A DNA stretch of 64,000 nucleotides. It comes from Acanthaster planci (Eukaryota). Location of the stretch: positions 992,789-1,056,788 of the forward strand of contig NW_019091356.1 in the NCBI RefSeq assembly GCF_001949145.1, written 5' to 3'. A program made the translations under genes and the position numbers. Positions within the stretch are counted from its first letter, which is position 1; every line of letters begins with the position of its first letter. Shown piece after piece: positions 12,901 to 25,088 of the stretch. The notes beneath the pieces were generated by a model. It ran no database searches. It worked only from the letters and a program-made list of their open reading frames with translations, and was not told where the DNA came from.

Positions 12901-14122
12901 TGTTTGCACTCAAGGACTTTTGGGAAATTTCTGGTCCTGATGTTGTCACGGGTTAGTTTCTTTGGCTGCAGCATTAGTAGGGTTTGTATCTATATTGTAA
13001 ATTGACAATTCTGATTTTGTCCCATTCCTTTGATGCCGAGGCAGAAGAAAAAAGTTCACAGCTGAAGAGCAGAATCAAATGTTTGTAATAAGACAGGTGG
13101 TGAAAAGGATAGCTGTATATTAAGCCCACCCATGTAAAAAAAAAACACACAAAAAAATTATAATGTAGAAAATTTGAATGGTGAGGGAATGAGCAGACTG
13201 GAGCAAGGAGAGACGCCAGTGATAATAAAGACAATTAGGAAATGGATACAGTTTGAAATTACTGATGAAGCATAACATTTCATCCCCTTGGCGCCGAAGT
13301 TAAATTAACAGCCTTGCTAATGGTAAAAAAGAACCTCTCCTTGTTTTTATGTCTTCGGAAGTATAGCCACCCATTTTGCTGATGTGTGAAACAGAACAAA
13401 AATTTGGCAGGATGCCAGACTTGAAGACTGTAATGGTTTTATTTTGCAGTTAGATTTCATCGTCATTGTCATCATTTGGATTGTCATTATTGTCACCATT
13501 GTCGACAGCGGTCCTTGTTCTTCTCTGATTAGGGTATTGCTACTGTCTCTCCTTACAACCCCCACCACCCCTTCCATCTAGACAGGGTCTGCAACAAACA
13601 GACAGTGAGGATTGCCGACCACTCAGGCAGACAGTTAACTGTTTCCTAATCAATTACACTGGTAGATTACATCGTTGGTTATCAGTGTAGACTTAAACTC
13701 CGCCCCCTTCTCTTCTCCCCCCCCCCCATCTGCTAACTCACTCGGTCTCGGGGGGGGGGGGGGGTTGCTATGAATTAGTACGTGCATCACAAAGTGGCGT
13801 CAGTGTTTAGAGTATGATTGCTAGTTGGCCAGTCAGCCTGGCACAGCATTGTTAGTTCAGCGGCACTTCCCCGAAATAAATAGTTCACTTATTTAATTTT
13901 TCATGCCCCGAGACTGTCATTAGCTTGCCTCGTGATTCACATTTGATTTCACTTTTTGTTGTTGCTGGGGCAATTTTTAACATTCGTGAATCAAGGGAAC
14001 TTGACTTTTTTGTGGTCGGTGCAATTTTTGGTAAACACAATTTGGTGAAACATATACTCATGATAGTCAACTAACAGTGACAGTAAATTGCACTAGAAAT
14101 CCTTCTGTCCAAATATTTTCAG

Positions 14123-14235
14123 TCTTTTCTACTTGACCTTTTGTGACGAAGCCATCAATGTAGCTCGCAAATTCAAGCAGAAAGAACAGTTCCAAGTTAC
14201 TCTGTCAGAGATCTGTTTCAAATCCAATCCAGTTG
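14123..14235 (+). CDS. Candidate internal exon of an unidentified plus-strand gene: LFYLTFCDEAINVARKFKQKEQFQVTLSEICFKSNPV(G)
   Basis: Acceptor aaatattttcag| and consensus donor G|gtaagt. Only one of three frames is open across the 113 nt (phase 2 in, phase 1 out). Peptide has protein-like composition. Family not recognised. Confidence 0.6.
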
Positions 14236-14356
14236 GTAAGTTTGTCAGTTTTCCTCAATCTCTAACAGTCCCAAATCCTCCAATTTCAGTATGATTTTAC
14301 ATACACCCAACACCCTGGGGCAATAATACTGCACGTTGGTCCATTGAAATCTAATG

Positions 14357-14554
14357 CATGGACATCATAGGGGAAGGGACACTGACACCGTTCCCCCCCC
14401 CCTTAAAAAAGTGAACCCAGGGGGGCACCAATTTGTTTTAAAAACCCTCCAAATTGGCCCCTTTGCAGTGTTAATAATAGAGTACCTCACTCGTCTCCAC
14501 AACTCCCATAAATGTCCTCCCCTGGTAAAAAAACAAATCCTACCGACGCCCATG
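14357..14554. mobile_element. 198-bp non-autonomous DNA transposon (MITE) with a 9-bp target-site duplication
   Basis: aatctaatg occurs at 14348-14356 and 14555-14563. Left end CATGGACATC versus reverse-complemented right end CATGGGCGTC. Confidence 0.8.
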
Positions 14555-14764
14555 AATCTAATGCCACATCAGGTAAATACTTACCTGAAATGCAATGTAA
14601 TCCCAAATATGCTTGAACACATATAAGTTGTGCTGTGTAAGGTAATTTTTACTTTTTTTTTCCCCTTTGAAATCCCTGGCCGCAGTGCGCATGTCTAGCA
14701 CATTCTAAATCTCAAACATGTTCACTGTGTGTTGACTGATGATTTCAATGCCTCCGTCCTCCAG

Positions 14765-14784
14765 GTCATTTGGTGCAGAAATGA
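14765..14784 (+). CDS. Candidate terminal coding exon of the same gene: (G)HLVQK*
   Basis: Acceptor tgactgatgatttcaatgcctccgtcctccag|. A phase-1 join with 14235 gives GGT CAT TTG GTG CAG AAA TGA. AATAAA follows at 14883-14888. Confidence 0.45.
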
Positions 14785-14882
14785 AGCGAGCGGTCCATAC
14801 AGTGTAATCAGAGGACTTCCCTAGGGTAGCCGGTGCTCAGACAACCGACCAAGATAAAAATTGCTCCCGTGAGGATGCCACT

Positions 14883-14888
14883 AATAAA
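14883..14888 (+). terminator. Candidate polyadenylation signal of the plus-strand gene
   Basis: AATAAA about 100 nt after the candidate stop; an alternative AATAAA lies at 15582-15587. Confidence 0.35.
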
Positions 14889-16686
14889 CATTGCGCCTCT
14901 TAAAAAAACCAAATGGATCATTAAGCGGACCAGACAAAGGTGGAAGTCGTGGTATCTGCCTCAAGCAGAAGCGCCCCCTCATCGGTTGAGAAGACCGTAT
15001 TGGTCAGAAGTGTTCATTTTGTTGGTAGTGATGCAACCATAACGCATGCATTTCCTAGTTGTTCAGGAACCAACAAAGTTCAGTTCTGACCAAGAGAGCC
15101 TCCCTTGTTGAGAAAATAGCGTCCTCTCTTGGTCCAGCTGGAGGCTCATAGCAGCTGAGGAGAAGATTGGGTGGAAGAGGAGTTATGACTGCATCATCCC
15201 TCCGGAATGTTCCTCCAATGTTGTACTTCATCAGCATGCTTTGCTGCACTCACTGCTGTATTCAATGAGGCAATAGCGATTTTCAAAGTTGGGGGGGAGG
15301 CATTTGTGAGACCATAAGGGATCAGCCATTAAAGGACCTGCCAAAGGGGTGGGGCTATTACCCCAAGTGGAAAAAGTGGGGGCCTCTCTATTTCCGCTGC
15401 TTGTGCTGCGAGAGGGCCTTATATGAGAGCATGGCTGACGGGAAAATGCCATGGTCCCATAGCTTGGACAATGATGGATAGTTTAGGTTCACTGTTTTGA
15501 ACAACTGTAATGGAGGAGGGGTGGGCTATCACTACCGAAAAGAGACATAGGGTCTCTGCATCGTCTGATGGATCACCTGTTAATAAAAAGTAATATGCAT
15601 GCACGTGGGGGTGGGCGCTTGTGTTGACATGCTATGGTTGCAGGTTAAGTGAAGATAATTTAAATTACCACGTGGTAAGCAAGCTAAAGTTAATGTCATA
15701 TAACAGTGCAAGGAGAAGGCTGTTATCCGCAGACACTGTTTGGCTTCTGTGTGAAAGAGTTGGCCTCTGTTTGCACATGGCGTGAGGCAACGAGTGCGAT
15801 TTTCAATCTGACAGGTTTTAAGAAGAGCGTAATCATAACTACATCCATTATCTGTCATAAAACCCTCTTCGTTGCTGTCAGCAGAGTTTGAAAGGGTTAA
15901 GACCAGAGCTTGGGAAATGTGACAAAAGTGAATGGAAATCAAAGTTTGAGGTCCTGTAATTAGATGGTTTTGAAAAAGCAAGGGGATTTTCTTGTAGTTT
16001 CCAGATGAAGGACGACAAAAGCAGGATTGCAACTTTATTATGTGGAATAAAAGCGTCAACAATTTTTGAAAGTTGTGAAGACCATTTGTCAAGATGCATA
16101 AGTCAGAAAGCGTAAACTCAGAAGTGATATGTGACCAGGGATCGCATTCAACGCCATGATGCTGGCGATATTTCCCCACAGATATTTCCTGCCCTTGTGT
16201 CTCAATGTAACTGTTGTCTGAATGAACAAAAGAACACAAAGAAGGTAGACGACACAGTTTTTGAAGGAAGGTCGAGATCGGTGATGCATACCGCACTGTA
16301 GTGATACGTATACACCAGATGGTGATTAAGGATACAAGGAAAGGATAATTTGTTCTGCAACATTATGCAAAAGAAATTTGAATTATTCATCAACTTGTGG
16401 GAGTTTACACAAAAACTGCAGGCGTTCCTTTCAATGCTCAGAATTTGGCTAGAAGTACCGGGCTAATTAACTTTATTTCTATAGAAATGACTGTAGTAAA
16501 GTGTCCTGCTTGTGGACAGCAGTGACGTTTAGCTAGCAGGGTTCAAACCTACTTGCCAGGATCCCCATTGCAAATGACTGTTTAGCACTCTAAGTATAGG
16601 GCACACACAAAAAAAGACCCTCTCAAAAAAAAAAAAAAAACCAAAAACTAAAATCAAAAACAAAAGCTGTGAGCAGGTGTCATCAT

Positions 16687-16776
16687 GCGTTGGTCAATCA
16701 CAATGCGCGAAATCTGTCGACCCAATGCGTGTTTGGAAATGGTCGACAGATTTGGCGCATTGTGATTGGCTAACGC
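16687..16776. repeat. Inverted repeat, 36-bp arms (33/36 identical) with 18-nt spacer
   Basis: gcgttggtcaatcacaatgcgcgaaatctgtcgacc (16687-16722) versus the rc of 16741-16776, gcgttagccaatcacaatgcgccaaatctgtcgacc. Confidence 0.92.
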
Positions 16777-19700
16777 GTTGCAAACTCTGGGGGTGCACTA
16801 TTGTAAATCGCCCATATTCTGTGGAACCCACTCCCCCTTATCTTGCCATGGCCCCGCCCACGTTACTACCATTGTCTCGTCTTGAAACGCAAAGGTTTGC
16901 TGTAGACCTTTTTCCAGTGATGTCACGGTCGTGCTGGACCTATGATGTGTTGTGATGGTAATCTACCTATTCAAGACATGCAGCGTTTGTACTTGCGCTT
17001 GGTTGAAGCTACCCCCCCCCATGACTTTATGCGATCACCGTGGGCAAGGCAGTCCACACGTGGTGGTATTGTTTACATTTACTCACGTGGGTGAAAAAAA
17101 TCTAAAGCCGTTCAGCTGAATTATGAGATGATATGGAAAACTTAGCACATTTTGGCTCCACTTGTGAATAATGTGGTGGAATCATTCCACAAAACCTCGA
17201 ACTAATGAGAACTACAAAATATTTGTGCTGGTAGTGAGACTAAGAGTATTAACCATTTCGCCCCAAACCTCTGATTGGAAGACCCCATACAAAGACATAA
17301 GGGATTTCAATCGCATTCTCTTTTCGTAATCGTGCACGTAGCCATCTTTAGATTTGTTCCCATAAAATACATAATTTACGGGTTCTTCAGACGGAGACGT
17401 ACGTTTTCCCAATCCGTGCCATATTCTGTTTACCGGAGTTATTACTGCACGTGGCAATTCCTATCTTTCCCCTTTAAATAATTCGTAGGTTCTGGATTTA
17501 CCGTCATAAGCGATGGGAACGTACGGTACGGAACGAATGAATCTTATAAATAAAATTAATGAAGAGTCTGAAAATAAGCAGTGGTACACTTGGCAGACAA
17601 ATATTCTTGAATTTTTTTTCAGGTCAACAGACTTTTTTCTCTCGCAAGCATTACCTACCAAAGTTTTGTTTTGACTACCAAAGTTTGAAGGGAGTTTATT
17701 CATGGCTAACATCATACGATTTTGCTTGAGCAGGGCTACTCAGTGGGAAAATCGAAATTGTTCCTTCGTAAGTTATTCACGGTCCGCCTGTTATTGCTCT
17801 AGAATAAAAATCGAGGACCTGAAGGACATTACATTCTGTCCAACACAGCGCAACCGCTTGTGTAATAATTACATTTAGCTGGTTGAGAAAAAAAAAGGCC
17901 GACCTTGTTGTTTTTCCCGGGAGTCTGCAAACTGTCCAATTTTCTTCGATGATACTTGCTCGTCCCCATCAAAGCTAAAAAAAAAAATTGGGGCTGTACG
18001 CGGCAGGCCTGGAATACATGAAGTTTGCTCCACTCTCGTCTCTCCTCTCAGCAATAATTTGTGTTTCGGCTCGCGTCCCACGGGCGCCTTGCCACGCACT
18101 TAATGATCGCACACAGCCTTACAAATGATAAACATATCTGTGAAAAATCATTTTCCAATGCGGCTGTAACTCCCCCTCCGGCGCCCGTGAGTTCGCGCGT
18201 CGGGCCGGCCCGCTCTCGCAGTTATGCATCACAGCCGCTAGACGCGACCGCAGATTAATATTTTGAGTGTGTGTATATACATTTTTCTAAGGCCATTTAA
18301 AAGGCTTGGCGTTGTAAGTGGGGGAGGGGGGGTTGTATACGGCTGTCTTCGTAACGTCTCCGGAACATTGGATGGTGGTCTTAATGAGACAGAACCGAAG
18401 TAGCCGGTTGATGAGCCGAGAGCCGGGCATTGCTGCGTACGAAGCAAGTCTCTCGTGAACGGGACGGAACAGGAATGCGTCGCCATACAACGGACAGACA
18501 TCCGTTATCGCTGTACTCAAACAGTCGCTCTTGCCGGTGGAAATTTCAAATTGCGTGTGAGTGATGGGGAAAAAAATCGCTTTTATTTGCGGTTTTTTCC
18601 AGCCTTTCCATCTCAGTACTCGGGGTTTCAGCCCCTCCTGATTGGGATTTTTATCTGTTAACCTGGTCTCATCCTTTCTTTTGTGTTTCTTTTCAATCTC
18701 ATAAAAACTAAATTATATCTTTTTCGATCTGTTCTGACATTGCCTCTTGAACAGTCCTGATGAGTTTGTCCTTGGCTGTGGAATTAGAAAGCATGGTTTT
18801 CTCCATGCTGGATTTGGTAGTTCGAGCAGGAAAACGAAGGGTCGAATCTCACTGAATCTTTCCACGAACTCCACTCAATTCCCGTTTCATAATTAGGGAT
18901 TTTCGGGGTGTCGAAACCATCCTGTCACCGGAGGTTTTTTTCCCTTCACCAATCGGTGCCAAACTTGGGTCTTGTGTTCCAATTTTACGGGTCAGATGGC
19001 GCGCCATATTCCGCCATCAATTTAAGTTTTATTGATGACAGTTGGGCTCTCTCAAGCTTGTCCTTTGTTTCCAAAAAATTAAATAAGGGTTATCTTTATG
19101 TAATTAGTCCCTTGACTGTGTGTCTCCATGCAGTGAGAAGAGACGTGGTCTAAAATTCAAGCCTACCATAGTTAAAGCAGAGACATACTGTCTGATGTTA
19201 TTTCTGAAAGACAAACACGCCTTCGCCAATCAACCAAAGATGATGTACAGTGTCCATAACTCTTGGACACTACGCAACTGATTTGAATATTGCTGAACGT
19301 GTCAGCCAATTAGAGTCGCTCTTCAGAGAAAACTGACCACCGATTGGACACTTCCAATTCACTCTGAATTCATTCACATCGGTTCACACTTCTACACTGT
19401 AAGCCAATCACGGGCTATACGTGTGTCGCATGTCAATAAGCTAACTTTGAGTGATGGATGCGCGGGGTCTAGTCGCGTGAGAGTGTCTTGCTCGTCAGCC
19501 CGTGGCGCGGCCCCCAGGCCCGACGCGCCGCTCAAAGCGAGTCTCCCCTTAACGCTCTTAACGCGTTATCGCCGCCTAATCACTGATTAACTGCCCGTGT
19601 ATCGCCACCGGCCGAAGGCCTATCCGCAACTGTGATTAACGGATCCGATGCGCATGAGCAGTTGACGAGACAGAAGGAAAAACCCTTCTTCTCCGTTAGG

Positions 19701-22700
19701 TCTGAAATGGCTGGGCGTGTGCCTTGTCCTTCTTAAGATGATAAAGTTGTTTTTTTCCCTTCAGTAACATTAATCCTGTATGAGCATACGGGGAAAAGGC
19801 AACATGCTCAGCATGCTCCTTCTAGAAAGCTAGGCATCTCCGTCATAAAAGACACTAGACCACACGAACCAATCTTCCGATCGCTGTGGGCTGGTTGACT
19901 ACGTTTGGGCTTGTAGCTCAATTCTTCACCAGAAAACAGGAAAGGCATGGTATAAAGCAATCAAAGAGACGATAGAAATTACTGATTTCCAAAACAATTT
20001 TATTCGCGAGAAAATCCCAATATCAACATGTATGTTTTTTTCGCGGGAAAGTTACTTTGCTGAATCTTCCCTCGAGCCAGCAAAATGCCGTGTGGGGGGG
20101 GGGTCATGCACCGAAAGTTCTGCTGCATGGCTTTGAACGCGAAAACGCATATTAGGCGCCTGATACGTTGACCAGCCGAGTATTGAACTCGACTGGTGGC
20201 CTTTAGCATCTTGCCGTGGCAAAATTTCCCCTGCATCCGTTGATACGTCGTTGTCACCCCTCAAGATAACTGCTCTGTCGTCGGCTGTACGTCTTTAATG
20301 TCCCCACCCATCTCTAGTCCACATCTACGGCTGGCCTTTGACGCTTGGCAGTCTGGCCTTATTAAGCGAGAGAGAGAGAAGAGTCGCACGACCTGGCAGA
20401 GATCAAAACCCTTGCGTCTGTAACTCTGCCCTGACCTCGGAAATAGACAACAATCTTCACTCGAGCCTGCACGTGTGTGTATATGGCGACTTTTAAACCG
20501 AGATTACCTTAGTCCGTAGCAAATGGATTATAGCGGTGTATCGGGCCGGGCGCTGACTGATAGCATTGCTATTGCAGACGATCCCTCAGATAATGCCAGC
20601 AGCCAGCGCCATCAAAGCAGACACTTTGGCGTGTAAAAGGCTTTATTTGCGAATTTAATAGTTTGCTGATGGACTTGAGTTAAGAAGCGGCGACTTAAGT
20701 GTGTGCTTACAGACCGCTTCAAACGATACTTTGATGGGACGTTTACTTCGAGTGCAATTTTTGACTTTCCTTCTCATTTTGGTTCCGTAGCCATCGGTGA
20801 TATTAATGCAAAGCTTGTTTAATTGGTCGCATCAAACAGCGCACTGCTTTGTTGTGGCTGATATACAAAGCAGGTCAAAACCATTTTGGCCAATCAAAGT
20901 GCGTGTTTGTGGTGAACTTGGGAGACGTTAAAAGTGACGTTCGCAAGCCTTTTTGTCCAATCAATTGTCTACTCTCGTGTGACATGCAAATTAGGGTTGA
21001 ACTTAGAACCAATCACTGAACTCGGTGGTCAGTAAGTCGAACCCCCGGGAAGAAACACAACAGTTGTTGTCTAGAAGATTGTGAGTGTTGTCGAGGAAGC
21101 TCAGTGTGATTTCAGAAAGGTAGAATCGGGTTTCAGAAAATCCGAAGATTGATGGCCCATCGCGGAAGGAAAGTGCACTGGCTGGAAGGGAACAAGTCCG
21201 GACCACAAACACTCGGGTACTAAAACTCGTTTTCATTCATAAATATTTACACGGTGTAGTGTATACGTCGCATGGTTAATGAGGCTCGTCTAAGCTTGCA
21301 CGCCTATAGGGTGAAGCGCACTTTGAAGAAAATGAAATACTGGTGACAATTAATTTACGGCCTCAGATGACAGGATCGGAATCTGGAGATGTAAAACACC
21401 CGGTAATGTTTATACCCCCCCCCCATCCGGGAGGCGAGATAGACTGTCAATGGTTTTGACTTCTACTCATTGATACGGTTTTACGTTGTGGAGGTAAGGT
21501 TTGCTTTCCTGTCTACAAGCCCGATGACTCTTCGAGTATTGAAACACATGCACTTGAACAAATTGAATCCTCAACCCTACACCTGACTTCATTTTCCCCG
21601 AGAATCGGGGAGAAAATGGCGTAAATGTTGAAATATGTCACGAAATGAAAGGTTGACTCGGCGCTGACTCGCGATTGTGGGCCCTGTGCGGAACCAAGAA
21701 AGGGCGCAATTTTCATAGAAACAGAGTCTCCTTTGGTGGGAAATTCACTTTGCTGGATCTCGAACGACTGTGAAATCGCATCGCTACCAACAAAATGAAC
21801 ACTCTCCACCAACATGGCTCTGTTCAACCGATGAGGGGGTGCTTCTGCTCAAGGCGGATAGCGTTGATCTTTTCGTCGCGCGGTCAACGACACCACCATG
21901 ATGAACTCGTGCAAAAAGGAACAACGCCCTTACCCTCACAATTTCAAGGTGCCTTTATAAGCTCCTTTGTCGTCGTTTTGTCTGGCGTGTAATAACTTTG
22001 GATGCTACCGCCGGCAATTATTTTAATCTGCTTGTACACGATGTATCTGTGCTTTGGTCTCGTTCATGGGTTTGGTTCTAGCCATTAATTTTCATGCTTA
22101 TCAAGGGACTCGTCCAGGGTTCATTTTTTGGTCTAATTACGAGCAACGCTAATGGTGCATAGTACGCTGTCTGAAATAATAGAAGCGCGTGTTTTGTTGA
22201 CCAAAACTTTAGACAAGTATCAAAAACCAAATTAAATATTGAAACCACCGAGGAATCTGAAAACAAAGAGGAAAAGAATAAGGAGTAAGTCTGCATTGGT
22301 CTGTGTTGAGATTTCGTTTCTCTTCGTTGCCAATGAAGCCCCATGAAATCCCCACTAAAATGTGATTTTTGCCGGAGAATTTTGACAAAGACAATTTTGG
22401 TATAAAGTTAAAAGTGTCTTGCGGTTTTTTTAAATCGGAACTTTTTTCTAATGGTGCAAAGAAAGTCAAGGCAATCGCTTCCCTTTTTATGTTGTGATTC
22501 AACTGGCTACATAATTGGAAACCTTACATTACTAACTTCTGTTGCCTGTGCTTGGATTACCACTGAAGAATTAAACATAATTTTTCGATCCTTTTGGAAA
22601 TGCATTTAATATGTTTTCCAGCCACAGACGCGGGTACTGTACATGCGCAATACATAAGAGAGCAAATCTGGTATAGGGAATTCTTGTCACGTACCACCCA

Positions 22701-23239
22701 TGCAGTGAGCGCCGAACGGCTTGAAAAGGTGTCACAGCACATGCAGACATTCGTCGGGGAAAGGGGGGGTTCAATGTTGCCGACACAAAATACCATTGAA
22801 ATATGGAAAGTGGAAGGCCAGCAAATAAAGAGAGGAGTTAAAGTTGAACGGAAATTGGAAACAAAACAAACGATTGCGGTGTCCGGGATCGATGGGCGCC
22901 CAGTTAGCGCGGCCTGTGGGCTCCATCTGCTACGTCGGCCCCACGGGGGAGGCAACAGCGAGGGACTTACCGCCAGGAATCCCAGACATTAATATGATTT
23001 TAATTTCACATATCTTCGGCATCAGATCAGAGGGGTGAAACTGTGTTAAACAAACTGAAAAGCCACATGGCTTGCGAGATGACGAGACGCCGGGCTTTCA
23101 GCGTTTCTTTGAAGCACTGTGTTTAGTTTTTGTCTATTGTCTCCTCGTGGAGTCAACTGTGACGGTTCTGTATGTGGGAGCGAGCGTTTTGGTTGAATGA
23201 GGAGTCTGTTTGTCCAGTGTCTGGTCGTCCCGCATAGTT

Positions 23240-23605
23240 GCTTGTTGGTTGGTCAGTTGTTAATCACGATTGGTAGGTGGTTGGTCGGTTTGGTGGTCTG
23301 TGTGTCTCTAGCTTGTTTGTGTGTTTGTTGGTTGGTCGGTGTGGGCAGCTGGGTTGGTTAGTTCGCTACGGTTGGTTATGTCGCTAGGAATAAAATCCTA
23401 GGTAGGTTGCTGGTCACAGTGGTCGGTTGGTTGGGATACACCTATGATCGGTTACGTTGGTTGGTTGGCTGCGCATGCAATGTTTTTGTACAAATACATG
23501 TAATTTCTTGGTCATTTTGTGGGTTGATCGGCGAAATGTTGACTGGTTTGCCGATGGGTTGGCTGGCTAGTTGATCGGTTGGTCGGTTGACTGACTGACT
23601 GGCTG
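23240..23605. repeat. Degenerate (GGTT/GGTC/GGCT)n low-complexity tract
   Basis: Repeated ttggttggtc, ggtcggttgg and gactgactgact units. Confidence 0.75.
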
Positions 23606-23924
23606 AGGGTGTCTATCATGGCCTTGTGTTCTTGTCTCTTAGTTTTCCAACGGCATTTCTCGTCTTGTATTAATCGATCGATCTCCAGTTTAGACATTGA
23701 CCCGTGTATTTCCTGCACCGGAGTCAGGAACGAAAATTGCACCAATATTTTGTAATTTTCGTGGACTTGAAGCTGTGATTCTTCCCCCTCCCTTTTTCAA
23801 ATCACAAAAACATTGTGTAGCTTCATACTCCCCCGTTAAGTTATTGATCAGGGCGCCCTTGAATAATTTCCCCGAATTTCAGCGCGGATTTTTTTCCCGT
23901 TCCGCGGGGATTTTTTCTCCATTC

Positions 23925-23938
23925 ACGGTCTAGACCGT
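23925..23938. promoter_or_regulatory. Palindromic Smad-binding element GTCTAGAC within a perfect 14-bp palindrome
   Basis: acggtctagaccgt, with additional AGAC at 23939 and GTCT at 23949. Function is inferred only. Confidence 0.35.
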
Positions 23939-25073
23939 AGACAGTGCCGTCTGCCGTTTGGACGGCAGCCGTTTAAGCTCACATCGAACCGTCACACGCA
24001 ACTGACGTGCCACGTGTTGCGTTAATATTGTTAAAGCTACCCGGTCACTCTTTACTCAATCTGTCCTCCCAAAGTATGAAACATTTTCCTCTTCTCTGAT
24101 TGTGAATGGATGAAAATAACAAATCCTTGCACTGGAGACGGCGCGCTCGCAAGGGTGTTTTGAGCTACATAAAGCGACCTCGATGCGCGATACGGTAGGG
24201 GCACGTTGTATGCTGGGATGCTTTGTAGATGATCTCAGTAAATTGCTTTTCCGGAAATCGTGTCTTTGTGGCGTCAAACTTGTGACTCCAGGATATTGTT
24301 TTTGTCGCCCGTATGGAAAAGTATTTTGGTCAAGTATGTCTCCCCCTGTATATACCCAAGTGAAAATGTGAGCATTACAGTGATGGTCTTGAATGCCAGA
24401 GATTAAACTGGGCAAAAGAGAACGAGGAACAATGTTACACGACCGTATGTCGTCTCAAGCTTGAATCAGACTGGTTCTTAGCTCACTTCCTCCATCACTG
24501 CGTACCGATTATAGGACGGAACAAGACTTTGCGTCCCTCGGAAATGGTTGTTCTTAGCTGAGTATGGTATGACCGAAGAGGGCCGACCATAAATATTCAC
24601 ATAACTTGTGCTTTCCTTTTCTCGTCCGAATAGGACATGAGACATACAGAGGTCGTGTTCGAAATCGTCAGCAAAATGCTCACGAATATATTTTAAGTGA
24701 ATGTAGACATAAGATTGGGCATTTCTTGGATCAGCCAAGTTGGCGCATTGGTGCAAGATGACCTTGCAAATAGATGATCCAAAAGGTAGGCTTTGTAGCG
24801 AGTTTCTCTTCTTTGAGATGGTTTGTTGGTCAAACTTGCACTGAGATAACCTCTTCAATCATGGAATTATCGAAACCAACCATCACCTTGCTGCCTGGAT
24901 ACATAATCAAGATTATCACGGTGAACAATGGAATACAAAACACACCTAGATTGATGCGTCCACAGCCGGTGAGCTCACATCTACAATCATACACGCAGGC
25001 AATCGTAAGTGGTGATCTCCATCGAGACGAGGCCTGCGATGTAGTCTCTTGGCTGTTAATGGTAAACCTCATT

Positions 25074-25088
25074 GGCGCCGTGGAGTCA
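25074..25088 (+). promoter_or_regulatory. BMP activating-element-like motif GGCGCC-N5-GTCA
   Basis: Exact fit to the GGCGYC-N5-GNCV consensus known from the Drosophila Dad enhancer. Short motif, could be chance. Confidence 0.3.

Noticed and set aside
15580..16296. 238-aa minus-strand ORF
   Set aside because: Cys/His/Leu-rich, random-looking composition, no recognisable domain or convincing exon structure.
18756..18800. CTGATGAG...GAAA hammerhead core
   Set aside because: No convincing stem II or stem III pairing.
22594..22992. 132-aa ORF with a possible acceptor (ttttccag at about 22621)
   Set aside because: No homology recognised and no partner exons found; cannot be supported without RNA data.
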